From: a virus
DNA: 64,000 nt
IMG/VR virus record: IMGVR_UViG_3300037423_000480
Coordinates: 9,223-73,222 of that record
Direction: 5' to 3' (one strand)
Part shown: positions 1-8,519 of the stretch, piece by piece
Numbering within the stretch: the stretch's first letter is position 1
Layout: every line of letters begins with the position of its first letter
The notes under the pieces: model-generated
What the model was told of the DNA's origin: nothing
The model's input: only the letters and a program-made list of their open reading frames with translations
Database searches by the model: none
Position numbers and translations under genes: made by a program

Positions 1-590
1 CCAAACTGGCCGCCGCTTCCGCGCGCGCCGAGCCCGTCAAGGAGGAGCCGCGGCCGACCCGCGACAAGTACGCCTCCGACGACGAGTACACGGACGCGCT
101 GGGCGACTGGAAGGCCAACCAGGCGATCGCCAAGCGCGAGCGCGAGCATGCCGAGGCACAGGAAAAGGCGGCTCAAGCCCAGCTTTCGAAGCAGTGGCAG
201 GCCGCCCAGGCGCGCGCCAAGGCCGAGATTGACGACTACGAGGAAGTCATCAAGGCATCGGATGTGCAACTGCCGGGCCATCTGCACCAGGCGATTCTGG
301 AAAGCGAAGTCGGACCGCATATGGCCTACTTCTTCGCCAAGCACCCGGACGAAGCAAAGCGGTTTGCGTCGATGACGCCGACCACGGCGCTGCGCCAACT
401 CGGGAAGCTCGAAGACCGCCTGCTGGCCGACGACGAGCCGCAACCGGAAAAAAAAACCTCCCCTGCCGTCGAAACATCCAAGGCACCGCCTCCCATCGTC
501 CCGCCCAAGGACGGCCGTGCAATCGATCCGGGCCCTGCAAAGAGCTTCGAGGATTACCGCGCGCGCCGCCTGGCCGAGAAGAAGCGATAG
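1..590 (+). CDS. Phage scaffolding protein (5' truncated)
   Basis: Frame open from position 3 (KLAAASARAEPVKEEPRP...); helical, charged; directly upstream of the coat gene; basic C-terminus (YRARRLAEKKR). Confidence 0.72.
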   Translation, partial: KLAAASARAEPVKEEPRPTRDKYASDDEYTDALGDWKANQAIAKREREHAEAQEKAAQAQLSKQWQAAQARAKAEIDDYEEVIKASDVQLPGHLHQAILESEVGPHMAYFFAKHPDEAKRFASMTPTTALRQLGKLEDRLLADDEPQPEKKTSPAVETSKAPPPIVPPKDGRAIDPGPAKSFEDYRARRLAEKKR

Positions 591-612
591 CGGACTGCCG
601 CCATCAACCCTG

Positions 613-636
613 AGCCCGCCCAGTGCGGGCTTTTTT
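613..636 (+). terminator. Intrinsic terminator-like hairpin between scaffold and coat genes
   Basis: AGCCCGC-ccagt-GCGGGCT followed by T tract. Confidence 0.65.
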
Positions 637-650
637 GTTTGGAGTGAACC

Positions 651-1967
651 ATGAGCGGAAACACCCTGCTTACCATCAGCGATATCACCAACGAAGCGCT
701 GATGATTCTCGAAAACGAGCTCGTGCTGGTCGACAAGATCAACCGCGAGTACGACGACAAATTCGGCATCGATGGCGCCAAGATCGGCTACACCGTGAAC
801 GCCCGCCGCCCGGCGCGCTTCAAGGGTACGGCCGGCCCGGCGCTGAACGTCGAAGGTTTCACCGAAGGCAGCATCCCGGTGACCCTGACCACGCAGTTCC
901 ACGTCGACACCCAATTCCAGACCTCGGACCTGCTGCTGTCGATGGACCGCTTCAGCGAGCGCGTGCTGCAGCCGGTGATCGCGACCATCGGTAACCGCGT
1001 CGACTACGACGTTGCGATCGCGATGCGCAACAACTTCTTCAACATCACCGGCACCCCAGGCACTCCACTGACCACCATCGACCCGTTCCTCGACGCCGGC
1101 GCGTGGCTGGACTCCGAGGCTGTGTCGCGCGACGGCAAGCGCTCCATGGTCATCGACCAGTGGACCCAGGCGAAGATGGTCAAGGGGCTGTCCGGCCTGT
1201 TCAATCCGCAGGTGCAGATTGGCGAACAGTTCAAGAAGGGCACCATTACCAAGCAGACCCTGGGGGCCGACTGGTACATGGACCAGAACATCACGGCCAA
1301 GACCTTCGGGGCCCTGGGCGGCGCGCCGAAGTTCGACGCGAGCCTAAACTCGTCGGCCATCCTCAAGGATGGCTGGGCCGCGTCCGGCACGTTCGGCACC
1401 AAGGGCTGGACCGCGTCGACCGCGGTGGTCAACGTGGGCGACGTGTTCTCGACCGCGAACGTCAACGCCGTGAACCCGCAAAACCGCCAGAGCATTGGCA
1501 AGCCGCGCTTCTTCGTGGTGCTGCCGCCGGCCGGCAACCCTTCGAACGGTACCTACACGCCGAACTACGACCCGGTCACCGGCGTCGACATGGGTGGGAC
1601 CTACACGTCGGATGGCGCCGGCAAGCTGCAGCTCACCGTGGCGAACGCCTGCATCTACGGCGGCGCGTTCCAGTCGGTCGATGCGGCGCCGGTCGATTCC
1701 GCGAACCTGACCTTCGCGGCCGGCGCCGGCGTCAGCGGCCCGCAGAACCTGCTGTTCCACCGCGACTCGTTCACCCTGGTGTCGGCCGACCTGCCGCTGC
1801 CGGGCGGCGTGGACATGGCCGCGCGTGCCGCGCACAAGGACATCGGCATGTCGATCCGCATCGTGCGCCAGTACACGATCAACAACGACGCCCTGCCGAC
1901 CCGTGCGGATGTGCTGTACGGCTACGCGCCGCTGTACCGCGAGATGGGCTGCCGCGTTTCCGGCTAA
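651..1967 (+). CDS. Major capsid protein, P22 coat (gp5) family
   Basis: 438 aa; N-terminal 'NTLLTISDITNEALMILENEL' and C-terminal 'TRADVLYGYAPL' typical of this family; GGAG RBS. Confidence 0.88.
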   Translation: MSGNTLLTISDITNEALMILENELVLVDKINREYDDKFGIDGAKIGYTVNARRPARFKGTAGPALNVEGFTEGSIPVTLTTQFHVDTQFQTSDLLLSMDRFSERVLQPVIATIGNRVDYDVAIAMRNNFFNITGTPGTPLTTIDPFLDAGAWLDSEAVSRDGKRSMVIDQWTQAKMVKGLSGLFNPQVQIGEQFKKGTITKQTLGADWYMDQNITAKTFGALGGAPKFDASLNSSAILKDGWAASGTFGTKGWTASTAVVNVGDVFSTANVNAVNPQNRQSIGKPRFFVVLPPAGNPSNGTYTPNYDPVTGVDMGGTYTSDGAGKLQLTVANACIYGGAFQSVDAAPVDSANLTFAAGAGVSGPQNLLFHRDSFTLVSADLPLPGGVDMAARAAHKDIGMSIRIVRQYTINNDALPTRADVLYGYAPLYREMGCRVSG

Positions 1968-1989
1968 TAACGGCGGATTCCCTAACCCT

Positions 1990-2015
1990 GCCCCGCTTCG
2001 GCGGGGCTTCTTTTT
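1990..2015 (+). terminator. Intrinsic terminator after coat gene
   Basis: GCCCCGC-ttcg-GCGGGGC + TTCTTTTT. Confidence 0.75.
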
Positions 2016-2027
2016 CAGGAGAGAAGC

Positions 2028-2408
2028 ATGTCAAACACCAATCCGGGACCGGCAGTCACCCAGTCCGGCCCCACTGGCCTACTCTTCGGCAACGCCCAAC
2101 TCGTGGCACTGCTGGCGATCGCACTCACGCCTGCCCAGGTCGCGGCGAATACCACCGCCGAGCAGACCTTCGTCGTCAACGGCTTGCTGCCCGGCGACTT
2201 CGTCGAAGTCAGCAAGCCGACCAACCAGGCCGGCCTGGGCATTTCGAACGTGCGCGTGTCCGCAGCCAACACGCTGGCGATCTCGTTCTCGAACAACACT
2301 GCCGCCGGCGTCACGCCGACCGCCGGTGAGTCGTACCAGTTGTGCGTGATCCGTCCGCTGCCGAGCGCACTGTCCGGCGGCCTGCCGTCGGCACTGCCGC
2401 TGCCGTAA
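2028..2408 (+). CDS. Putative virion structural protein
   Basis: 126 aa beta-rich ORF with RBS, between coat and gp4-like genes. Confidence 0.65.
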   Translation: MSNTNPGPAVTQSGPTGLLFGNAQLVALLAIALTPAQVAANTTAEQTFVVNGLLPGDFVEVSKPTNQAGLGISNVRVSAANTLAISFSNNTAAGVTPTAGESYQLCVIRPLPSALSGGLPSALPLP

Positions 2409-2450
2409 CCCAACCGGGCCGGTACCTCCCGGCCCTTCTTCTTCTCGATC

Positions 2451-3173
2451 ATGACCACTGTCTACGACATCATCCACGGCGCGCTTCGCAAGATCGGCGC
2501 GATTGCGGTGGGCGAGACGCTTTCGGCCGATGACGGCACGACCGGGCTCGAGCAGCTCAACGGGATGCTCGACCTGTGGAGCACCCAGCACCTGGCGGTC
2601 TACAACAACGTCGAGTCGGTTTTCACGCTGCAGGCTGGCAAGGCTACCTACACGGTCGGCACCGGCGGCGACTTCAACATGGAGCGACCATTACGCCTGT
2701 CCGGCGCGTACACCAGGCTGAGCCCAACCGGGACCACGCTCGACTACCCGTGCGACGAGATCGACTACACGCGATACGCCGCGATCGGCCTCAAGAGCCA
2801 ACCTGGTCCGTGGCCGAAGGTCATGTACTTCAACACCTCGTTCCCGCTCGCCCAGATCACCTTCTGGCCTGTGCCGTCGCAGGGCGGCGAGTTTCACCTG
2901 TGGTCGGACATGGTGCTGTCGCAGTTCGTCGATCTGACCGATAGCGTCAACATGCCGCCCGGCTACGTGCTGGCGCTGCAGACGAACCTCGCGCTGCTGC
3001 TCGCCCCGGAATATGGCGTCTCGCCCTCCCCCGACCTAGCCGAGCAGGCGCGCTCGTCCAAGAAGATACTGAAGGCATTGAACGCGACGCCGACGGCTAC
3101 TTCCACCTTCGACGGCGTCCTCGTGAGCGGCAACGCGATCGACGCCGGCTGGTTCCTGAACGGGGGCTTCTGA
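2451..3173 (+). CDS. Head-tail connector, P22 gp4-like packaged-DNA stabilization protein
   Basis: 'DIIHGALRKIG...GLEQLNGMLDLW' N-terminus and position. Confidence 0.75.
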   Translation: MTTVYDIIHGALRKIGAIAVGETLSADDGTTGLEQLNGMLDLWSTQHLAVYNNVESVFTLQAGKATYTVGTGGDFNMERPLRLSGAYTRLSPTGTTLDYPCDEIDYTRYAAIGLKSQPGPWPKVMYFNTSFPLAQITFWPVPSQGGEFHLWSDMVLSQFVDLTDSVNMPPGYVLALQTNLALLLAPEYGVSPSPDLAEQARSSKKILKALNATPTATSTFDGVLVSGNAIDAGWFLNGGF

Positions 3174-4612
3174 TGCCGGAGTTCGCATTCGTCGGCCCGG
3201 CCTACGAGGCCGCCAACCCGCTGCAGGACACCCAGCGCCTGATCAACTGGTATGTCGAAATCGACCAGAACAGCGAGGCGAAGGCGCCACTCGGCCTACT
3301 CGGCGCACCTGGCCTGATTGCCGTCGCTGCTGGCCCGGCCGCGCCGGTTCGCGGCATGTGGCCGCTGCCAGGCGGGGAGCAGGCAGCCGTCGTGATTGGC
3401 AACGCCGCCTACCTGTTCGATGGCATCAACCTGACGCATATCGGCACCCTCGGCACCAGCACTGGCCCCGTGTGGATCCGCGATAACGGCGCCCCACGGG
3501 TCGTGGCGTTTTCCGATGGCGCGGCAATCTACAGTTACAACCTGAATATGGGCACATGGGGTGCCGCCGGAGCGACGGGGCTCTGCGCTGCCTTCATCGA
3601 CGGCTGGCTGGCATTCAACAAGCCGGGCTCGCAGAAGTTCTTCACATCGCCGCTGTACTGGGACGGCGTCACCGCGTTCGACTCGACCTACTTCGCGCTG
3701 AAGGACGCCTCTTCCGACAACGCTGTAGCGCTGATCGAGAACAGCCGTGAACTCTGGCTGCCGGGCGAGCGCACCACCGAAGTGTGGTACGACGCCGGGA
3801 ACCAGTATTTCCCCTTCTCGCGCCTGCAGGGCGTGATGCTCGAGGTCGGCTGCGCGGCTCCGGGCACGGTCTGCAAGACCGGTAAGGGGTTGATGTGGCT
3901 GGCGCGCTCGACCCGTGGCGAGAACGTCGTAATCCGGACACAGGACTACCAGTACGACAACAGCCCTACCCCGCCGGCGCTCGCCTACCAGCTCGCACAG
4001 TACGACAGTGTCGACGACGCCATCGCCTACGTCTACAGCGACGAGGGCCACGAGTTCTATGTACTGACGCTGCCGACTGCCGACGTGACCTGGGTATACG
4101 ACCTGACCACCAACCTATGGCACCAGCGCGCCAGCTTCGACCCGGCCACCGGGCAGTTTCACCGTCACCGCTCGAACTGCTGCATGAACTTCAAGGGCGC
4201 AATCTACGTCGGTGACTACCAGAACGGCACGATCTGGCAGATGACCCGCAAGGCTTACACAGACGGCCCTGACCCGCTGGTAGCCCTGCGCCGCACTCCG
4301 CACGTCTGGGACCGCGGCGAGCGCAACCGCTTGCGCAATACCTGGCTGCAGGTCGAATTCAAGCCGGGTGTCGGCCTAAACGACGGACAGGGGGCAGATC
4401 CGCAAATCATGATGCGCATGTCGAACGACGGTGGCCAGACCTGGGGCAACGAGCACTGGACCGGTATTGGCCGCCTGGGCGAGTTCAAGAACCGTGCAGT
4501 GTTCAAGAGGCTCGGCATGGCGCGCGACCGTGTGTACGAGGTGGCCATTTCGGACCCGGTGCCGCGCGACGTCGTTGGTGCCACCCTGCGTGGCATGGGG
4601 ACGCGGGCATGA
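3173..4612 (+). CDS. Tail hub, P22 gp10-like packaged-DNA stabilization protein
   Basis: 479 aa, beta-propeller-like, 'SNDGGQTW' motif, TGATG overlap with upstream gene. Confidence 0.82.
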   Translation: MPEFAFVGPAYEAANPLQDTQRLINWYVEIDQNSEAKAPLGLLGAPGLIAVAAGPAAPVRGMWPLPGGEQAAVVIGNAAYLFDGINLTHIGTLGTSTGPVWIRDNGAPRVVAFSDGAAIYSYNLNMGTWGAAGATGLCAAFIDGWLAFNKPGSQKFFTSPLYWDGVTAFDSTYFALKDASSDNAVALIENSRELWLPGERTTEVWYDAGNQYFPFSRLQGVMLEVGCAAPGTVCKTGKGLMWLARSTRGENVVIRTQDYQYDNSPTPPALAYQLAQYDSVDDAIAYVYSDEGHEFYVLTLPTADVTWVYDLTTNLWHQRASFDPATGQFHRHRSNCCMNFKGAIYVGDYQNGTIWQMTRKAYTDGPDPLVALRRTPHVWDRGERNRLRNTWLQVEFKPGVGLNDGQGADPQIMMRMSNDGGQTWGNEHWTGIGRLGEFKNRAVFKRLGMARDRVYEVAISDPVPRDVVGATLRGMGTRA

Positions 4613-5565
4613 GCACCGGGCTTCCACAATTTAACGTCCCTCCTTGCGATCCGAAGACGGGACAGTGGAACCGCCAATGGTGGCTGTTCCTATCGGCGCT
4701 GTGGGAGCGCACCGGTGGCGCGCAGGGCATTACGCTCGATGACTTTGTTGCCACGTTCGAACCTGTCTCTGTGCCGACAGTGGTTGAGGATGAGACGCCT
4801 GCGACAGACTTAAGCGCGCGCGTGGCTGAATTGGAAAACCAACTTGCCGACCTGCATGCGGAAATGGCGCGCGCCCGAATCGAAGCCGTGGCGGCTGAAC
4901 TGGCCAAGCAACTTGACGACGGGCGCGCCGACTGGCCAGCGCTGGCCACCGGGGCGGAGGTGCTCAAGGCCATGCGTGATCTGGAAACCCAACTCGCCAT
5001 GCTGCCGGATCCGTCCGCGCGGCTCGCGGCGTTGGGCACGATGGCCAAACAGAACGCCAGCGCCGTGGCAATCACCGGCGGCACCATCGCCGGCCTCACT
5101 TCGCTGGCGGTCAATGGCGGCATCAACCTGGCCAACACTGGGGCGGCTACCGGCTTTGCCTCACTTACCACGACCAGCGGCATCATCCTGGCAGCGACCG
5201 GCAAGCTGACCCTGAACAAGGCATTGGCCGGCGACGTTATCGCCAACCTGGTGAACCTCGACGCGGGCGGCTACGGCCTGCGCGTGGCTGGCGGCAACAA
5301 CGGCGGCGGCTACGTGGCATCGTTCAACAAGTACGACGGCACCAACGTGGCCTTGCTGACGGCTGACGGAAATCTCGCTCTGTCCTCGCTCACAGTGACG
5401 GGCGCGGCCCCGAATCCGGGCGCCGGAAAAGTGGCGTTCGGGGCCAACACGTCCACTACCGTTGGCGCGGCGGGTGCAGCGGCGGCGCTGCCGGCGACGC
5501 CTTCCGGCTACCTGATCTTCAACAATGGCGGCACGAGCTACAAGCTGCCGTTTTACAACGTGTAA
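4609..5565 (+). CDS. Tail needle/plug-like virion protein
   Basis: Follows gp10-like gene; N-terminal segment, coiled coil, beta-rich C-terminus. Confidence 0.55.
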   Translation: MSTGLPQFNVPPCDPKTGQWNRQWWLFLSALWERTGGAQGITLDDFVATFEPVSVPTVVEDETPATDLSARVAELENQLADLHAEMARARIEAVAAELAKQLDDGRADWPALATGAEVLKAMRDLETQLAMLPDPSARLAALGTMAKQNASAVAITGGTIAGLTSLAVNGGINLANTGAATGFASLTTTSGIILAATGKLTLNKALAGDVIANLVNLDAGGYGLRVAGGNNGGGYVASFNKYDGTNVALLTADGNLALSSLTVTGAAPNPGAGKVAFGANTSTTVGAAGAAAALPATPSGYLIFNNGGTSYKLPFYNV

Positions 5566-5581
5566 CCCGAGGGGAAACAAC

Positions 5582-5911
5582 ATGACGACAAGAGCCAAAC
5601 GTATGGTGCCCGGCTCGGTGCTGGCCGCGGCGGTAGGAACGTTCTACACCGCCCCGGCTGCCACGGTGGGCGTGGTCAAGGCCGCGCAGCTGATCAACAC
5701 GACCGGAGGCGCGGTGCCGGCCACGGTCTACCTGGTGCCGTCCGGCGGCGCGGCAGCTGCGGCCAACACCCTGATTAGCGCGCGCGCCGTGGCCGCCGGC
5801 GAAACCTACAACTGCCCCGAGCTGGTCAACCAGGTCATCGAGGCCGGCGGAACGCTGCAGGCGCTCGGCAACGGTTTGACACTGATCGTGTCGGGCGTCG
5901 AGATTGTGTAA
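5582..5911 (+). CDS. Hypothetical virion protein (109 aa)
   Basis: GAGGGG RBS before ATG at 5582; compact beta-rich sequence. Confidence 0.65.
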   Translation: MTTRAKRMVPGSVLAAAVGTFYTAPAATVGVVKAAQLINTTGGAVPATVYLVPSGGAAAAANTLISARAVAAGETYNCPELVNQVIEAGGTLQALGNGLTLIVSGVEIV

Positions 5912-5922
5912 CTGAATTCCTA

Positions 5923-6309
5923 ATGGCGATTCGTAGCAATCTATGCCGCCGACTGGTGCGTGCACTTGGCAAGCGTGCTCCAGCACTTACGCCGTACGAA
6001 CTGGACAAGGCGCTGGCTGACTGGCAACTGCTTGATGTGGCCGGCGCAGTCGTGATGATCAAGGGAGCGGAGATGCATGTCGGCGCAGTGCCCGCAGTGC
6101 GCGGCAAGTGGTTCGGGCCGCGCGCGGTGCGCATCATGTCGGAAGTGCTACACCGCCATGGCCGCATCGAGACCTTGGTGATGAAGGACCACGCCCTGGG
6201 GCACGCGTTCGCGCGGCGTCTGGGCTTCGAACAAGTCGGCGACAGCGGGGCCGCGATCCGCTACGAACTGAGGAAACTACGACATGCGAAATCATCCAGC
6301 ACTGCTTGA
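5923..6309 (+). CDS. GNAT-fold protein (position of P22 gene 14)
   Basis: 'HALGHAFARRLGF' GNAT-like motif; immediately before the ejection genes. Confidence 0.6.
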   Translation: MAIRSNLCRRLVRALGKRAPALTPYELDKALADWQLLDVAGAVVMIKGAEMHVGAVPAVRGKWFGPRAVRIMSEVLHRHGRIETLVMKDHALGHAFARRLGFEQVGDSGAAIRYELRKLRHAKSSSTA

Positions 6310-7048
6310 TCATCCGGTCGGCCTCGCGCGGCGCGACCGGCGACTGTTCGACCCGGTCACGGCTCTCGTCGTCGGCGGTTCCACGCTTCTCGGCGCCAAG
6401 ATGGCATCCAATGCCAGCGAGAGCGCCGCGCAGACACAGGCGAACGCCACAGACCGCGCCACCGACGTGCAGGCCGCGAACCTGCAGCAGATCCGTGACA
6501 GCCTCCAGCCGTTCATCAACAGCGGCTACGACGCCCAGGGGATGCTACGCAACCTGCTCGGCATCGGCACGCCGACCGACAGCGGCAGCTTCGGCAGACT
6601 GATGAAGCCGTTCGACGCCACTACCTGGCAGCAATGGAAGGACCCTGGCTACGACTTCCAGCTCAAGCAGGGCCAGCAGGCGCTGCAGAACAGCCAGGCG
6701 GCCAAGGATGGCGTGCTGTCCGGCGCGGCGCTGAAGGACCTGATCGGCTTCAATCAGGGCATGGCGAGCACCGCCTACCAGAACGCCTTCAGCCGGTATA
6801 TGACCCAGAACGACACGACCTACAACCGTCTCGCGTCTCTTCTGAACTTGGGAGAGAGCGCGGCCGCCGGCGTGGGCAACACCAGCGCGCAGGTGACTTC
6901 GAACATCGGCCAGAACATTACGTCCGCCGGCAACGCGCTGGCGGCCGGCCAGATCGGTTCGGCCAATGCTTGGAGCGGCGCGCTGAACAATATGGGCAGC
7001 ATGTACATGCTCAGCAAGATGCCGGGCTTTACCGGCGCGGGGAAATAA
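6284..7048 (+). CDS. DNA ejection (pilot) protein, P22 gp7-like
   Basis: Ala/Gly/Gln/Asn-rich, 'DPGYDFQLKQGQQAL' motif, first of three ejection-type genes. Confidence 0.72.
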   Translation: MRNHPALLDHPVGLARRDRRLFDPVTALVVGGSTLLGAKMASNASESAAQTQANATDRATDVQAANLQQIRDSLQPFINSGYDAQGMLRNLLGIGTPTDSGSFGRLMKPFDATTWQQWKDPGYDFQLKQGQQALQNSQAAKDGVLSGAALKDLIGFNQGMASTAYQNAFSRYMTQNDTTYNRLASLLNLGESAAAGVGNTSAQVTSNIGQNITSAGNALAAGQIGSANAWSGALNNMGSMYMLSKMPGFTGAGK

Positions 7049-7049
7049 C

Positions 7050-8519
7050 ATGCCGATCGATCCATCCATCCCCCTGCAGGCGCAGGCCCCGTCCTTCGAC
7101 ACTTCGCTCAAGCCGATCGCGTCGATGCTGGGCATCGCTGGCGCACAGCAGCAGCTGCAAACCGGCCGCCTGCAGCAGAATCAGCTTCAAGGACAGGTTC
7201 AAGAGCGCGAAAACCTCTCGAAGATCGACTGGAACCAGTTCCGCGGCGAAGACGGCAACCTTGACCCGGTCGCCGCAGGCAACGCAGCGCTGAAGGCCTC
7301 GCCGGCGTTCTACGGGCCCCAGCTCGCGAAGCAGTTCAACGAGGTCGCGAAGGACCAGATCACGATCAAAAAGGGCCTGCAGGACCTGAACCAGAGCCAG
7401 CGCACCGATATTGGCTCCGGCCTGGGCGCGCTGTCACTCGACCCTGAGCTCTCGCCGCAGAAGGTGATGAGCTGGGCCGCGCAGTTCAGCGAGCAAAATC
7501 CGGGCGCTGCGCCGCTGCTGTTCACCGCGATCAAGCACATGCCGAGCGACCCGGCCCAGCTAAAGCAATGGCTCGTCACCAGCCGCAACAGCGTGCTCGC
7601 GCCGAGTTCGCAGACCACGGCAACCACGCCGATCAGCACCGGTGGCGATACCCGCTTCGTGCAGACCAGCCCGTACCAGCCTGGTTCCATCCAGCAGGTC
7701 GGCCAACCGATCGCGAACACGGTCACGCCGACGCAGGCCGAGGAAGTCCAGACCGACTCGCTGGGCAACAAGTACATCGTGCAGCGCGGTGCAAACGGAG
7801 TTATCCTCGGCACCCGGCCGGTGCCGGGCTCGTACAACGCGGTCAGCAGCGCTCCTGGTTCCGGTCCCGCAATGCTGCCGCCCGGTGGCGCCGGATCGAT
7901 CGACGACGCGCAGAAGGAAGTCACCGCAGCGCGCGCGGCCGCGAACAACGCGCCGGTCATGCACGACCTGAACCGCGGCATCATCGCCGAAGTCGACAAA
8001 GGGATGAACACCGGTTCGCTGGGCTCGCTTACGCAGAAGATCGCCAGCGCCACCGGCTACAACCTGGGCAGCGAGAGCTCGACCGACTACAACGTGCTCG
8101 GCAAGCTGCTCGAGCGCTCGGCGCTGCAGGCCGCCCAAGGCATGGGGCCGCACACCAACGCCGGCCTCGAGGCCCAGGTGCGCGCGAACGGTTCCCTCGA
8201 CTACACGCCCCAGGCCATCCGCAAGATCGCGGTTCTCAATGACGCGCTGACCACCGGAGCCGAACACTACCGTACCGGCATGGAGCAAGCGTTGCAGGCT
8301 TCTGGCCAGAACCCGGCCGTCAAGCGGGTATTCGACCAAGGCTGGGCACAGAACTTCGACCCGCGCATCATGCGCCTGGAGAACGCGCGTGCCTCCGGCG
8401 ACCAGCACGAGATCGACGCGGTGATGCGCGAGCTTGGCGGCCCGAAATCGCAGGCGACCCGTGACTTGATGACCAAGGCGCGCAACCTGAACATGCTGAT
8501 TCAACAGGGGCATCTGTGA
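7050..8519 (+). CDS. DNA ejection protein
   Basis: 489 aa helical Gln/Ala-rich protein in the ejection gene position. Confidence 0.62.
   Translation: MPIDPSIPLQAQAPSFDTSLKPIASMLGIAGAQQQLQTGRLQQNQLQGQVQERENLSKIDWNQFRGEDGNLDPVAAGNAALKASPAFYGPQLAKQFNEVAKDQITIKKGLQDLNQSQRTDIGSGLGALSLDPELSPQKVMSWAAQFSEQNPGAAPLLFTAIKHMPSDPAQLKQWLVTSRNSVLAPSSQTTATTPISTGGDTRFVQTSPYQPGSIQQVGQPIANTVTPTQAEEVQTDSLGNKYIVQRGANGVILGTRPVPGSYNAVSSAPGSGPAMLPPGGAGSIDDAQKEVTAARAAANNAPVMHDLNRGIIAEVDKGMNTGSLGSLTQKIASATGYNLGSESSTDYNVLGKLLERSALQAAQGMGPHTNAGLEAQVRANGSLDYTPQAIRKIAVLNDALTTGAEHYRTGMEQALQASGQNPAVKRVFDQGWAQNFDPRIMRLENARASGDQHEIDAVMRELGGPKSQATRDLMTKARNLNMLIQQGHL

Noticed and set aside
44-590. Start of the first gene at 264 as listed in the ORF track
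   Set aside because: The frame is open from the window edge; GTG at 264 is internal to the scaffold gene.
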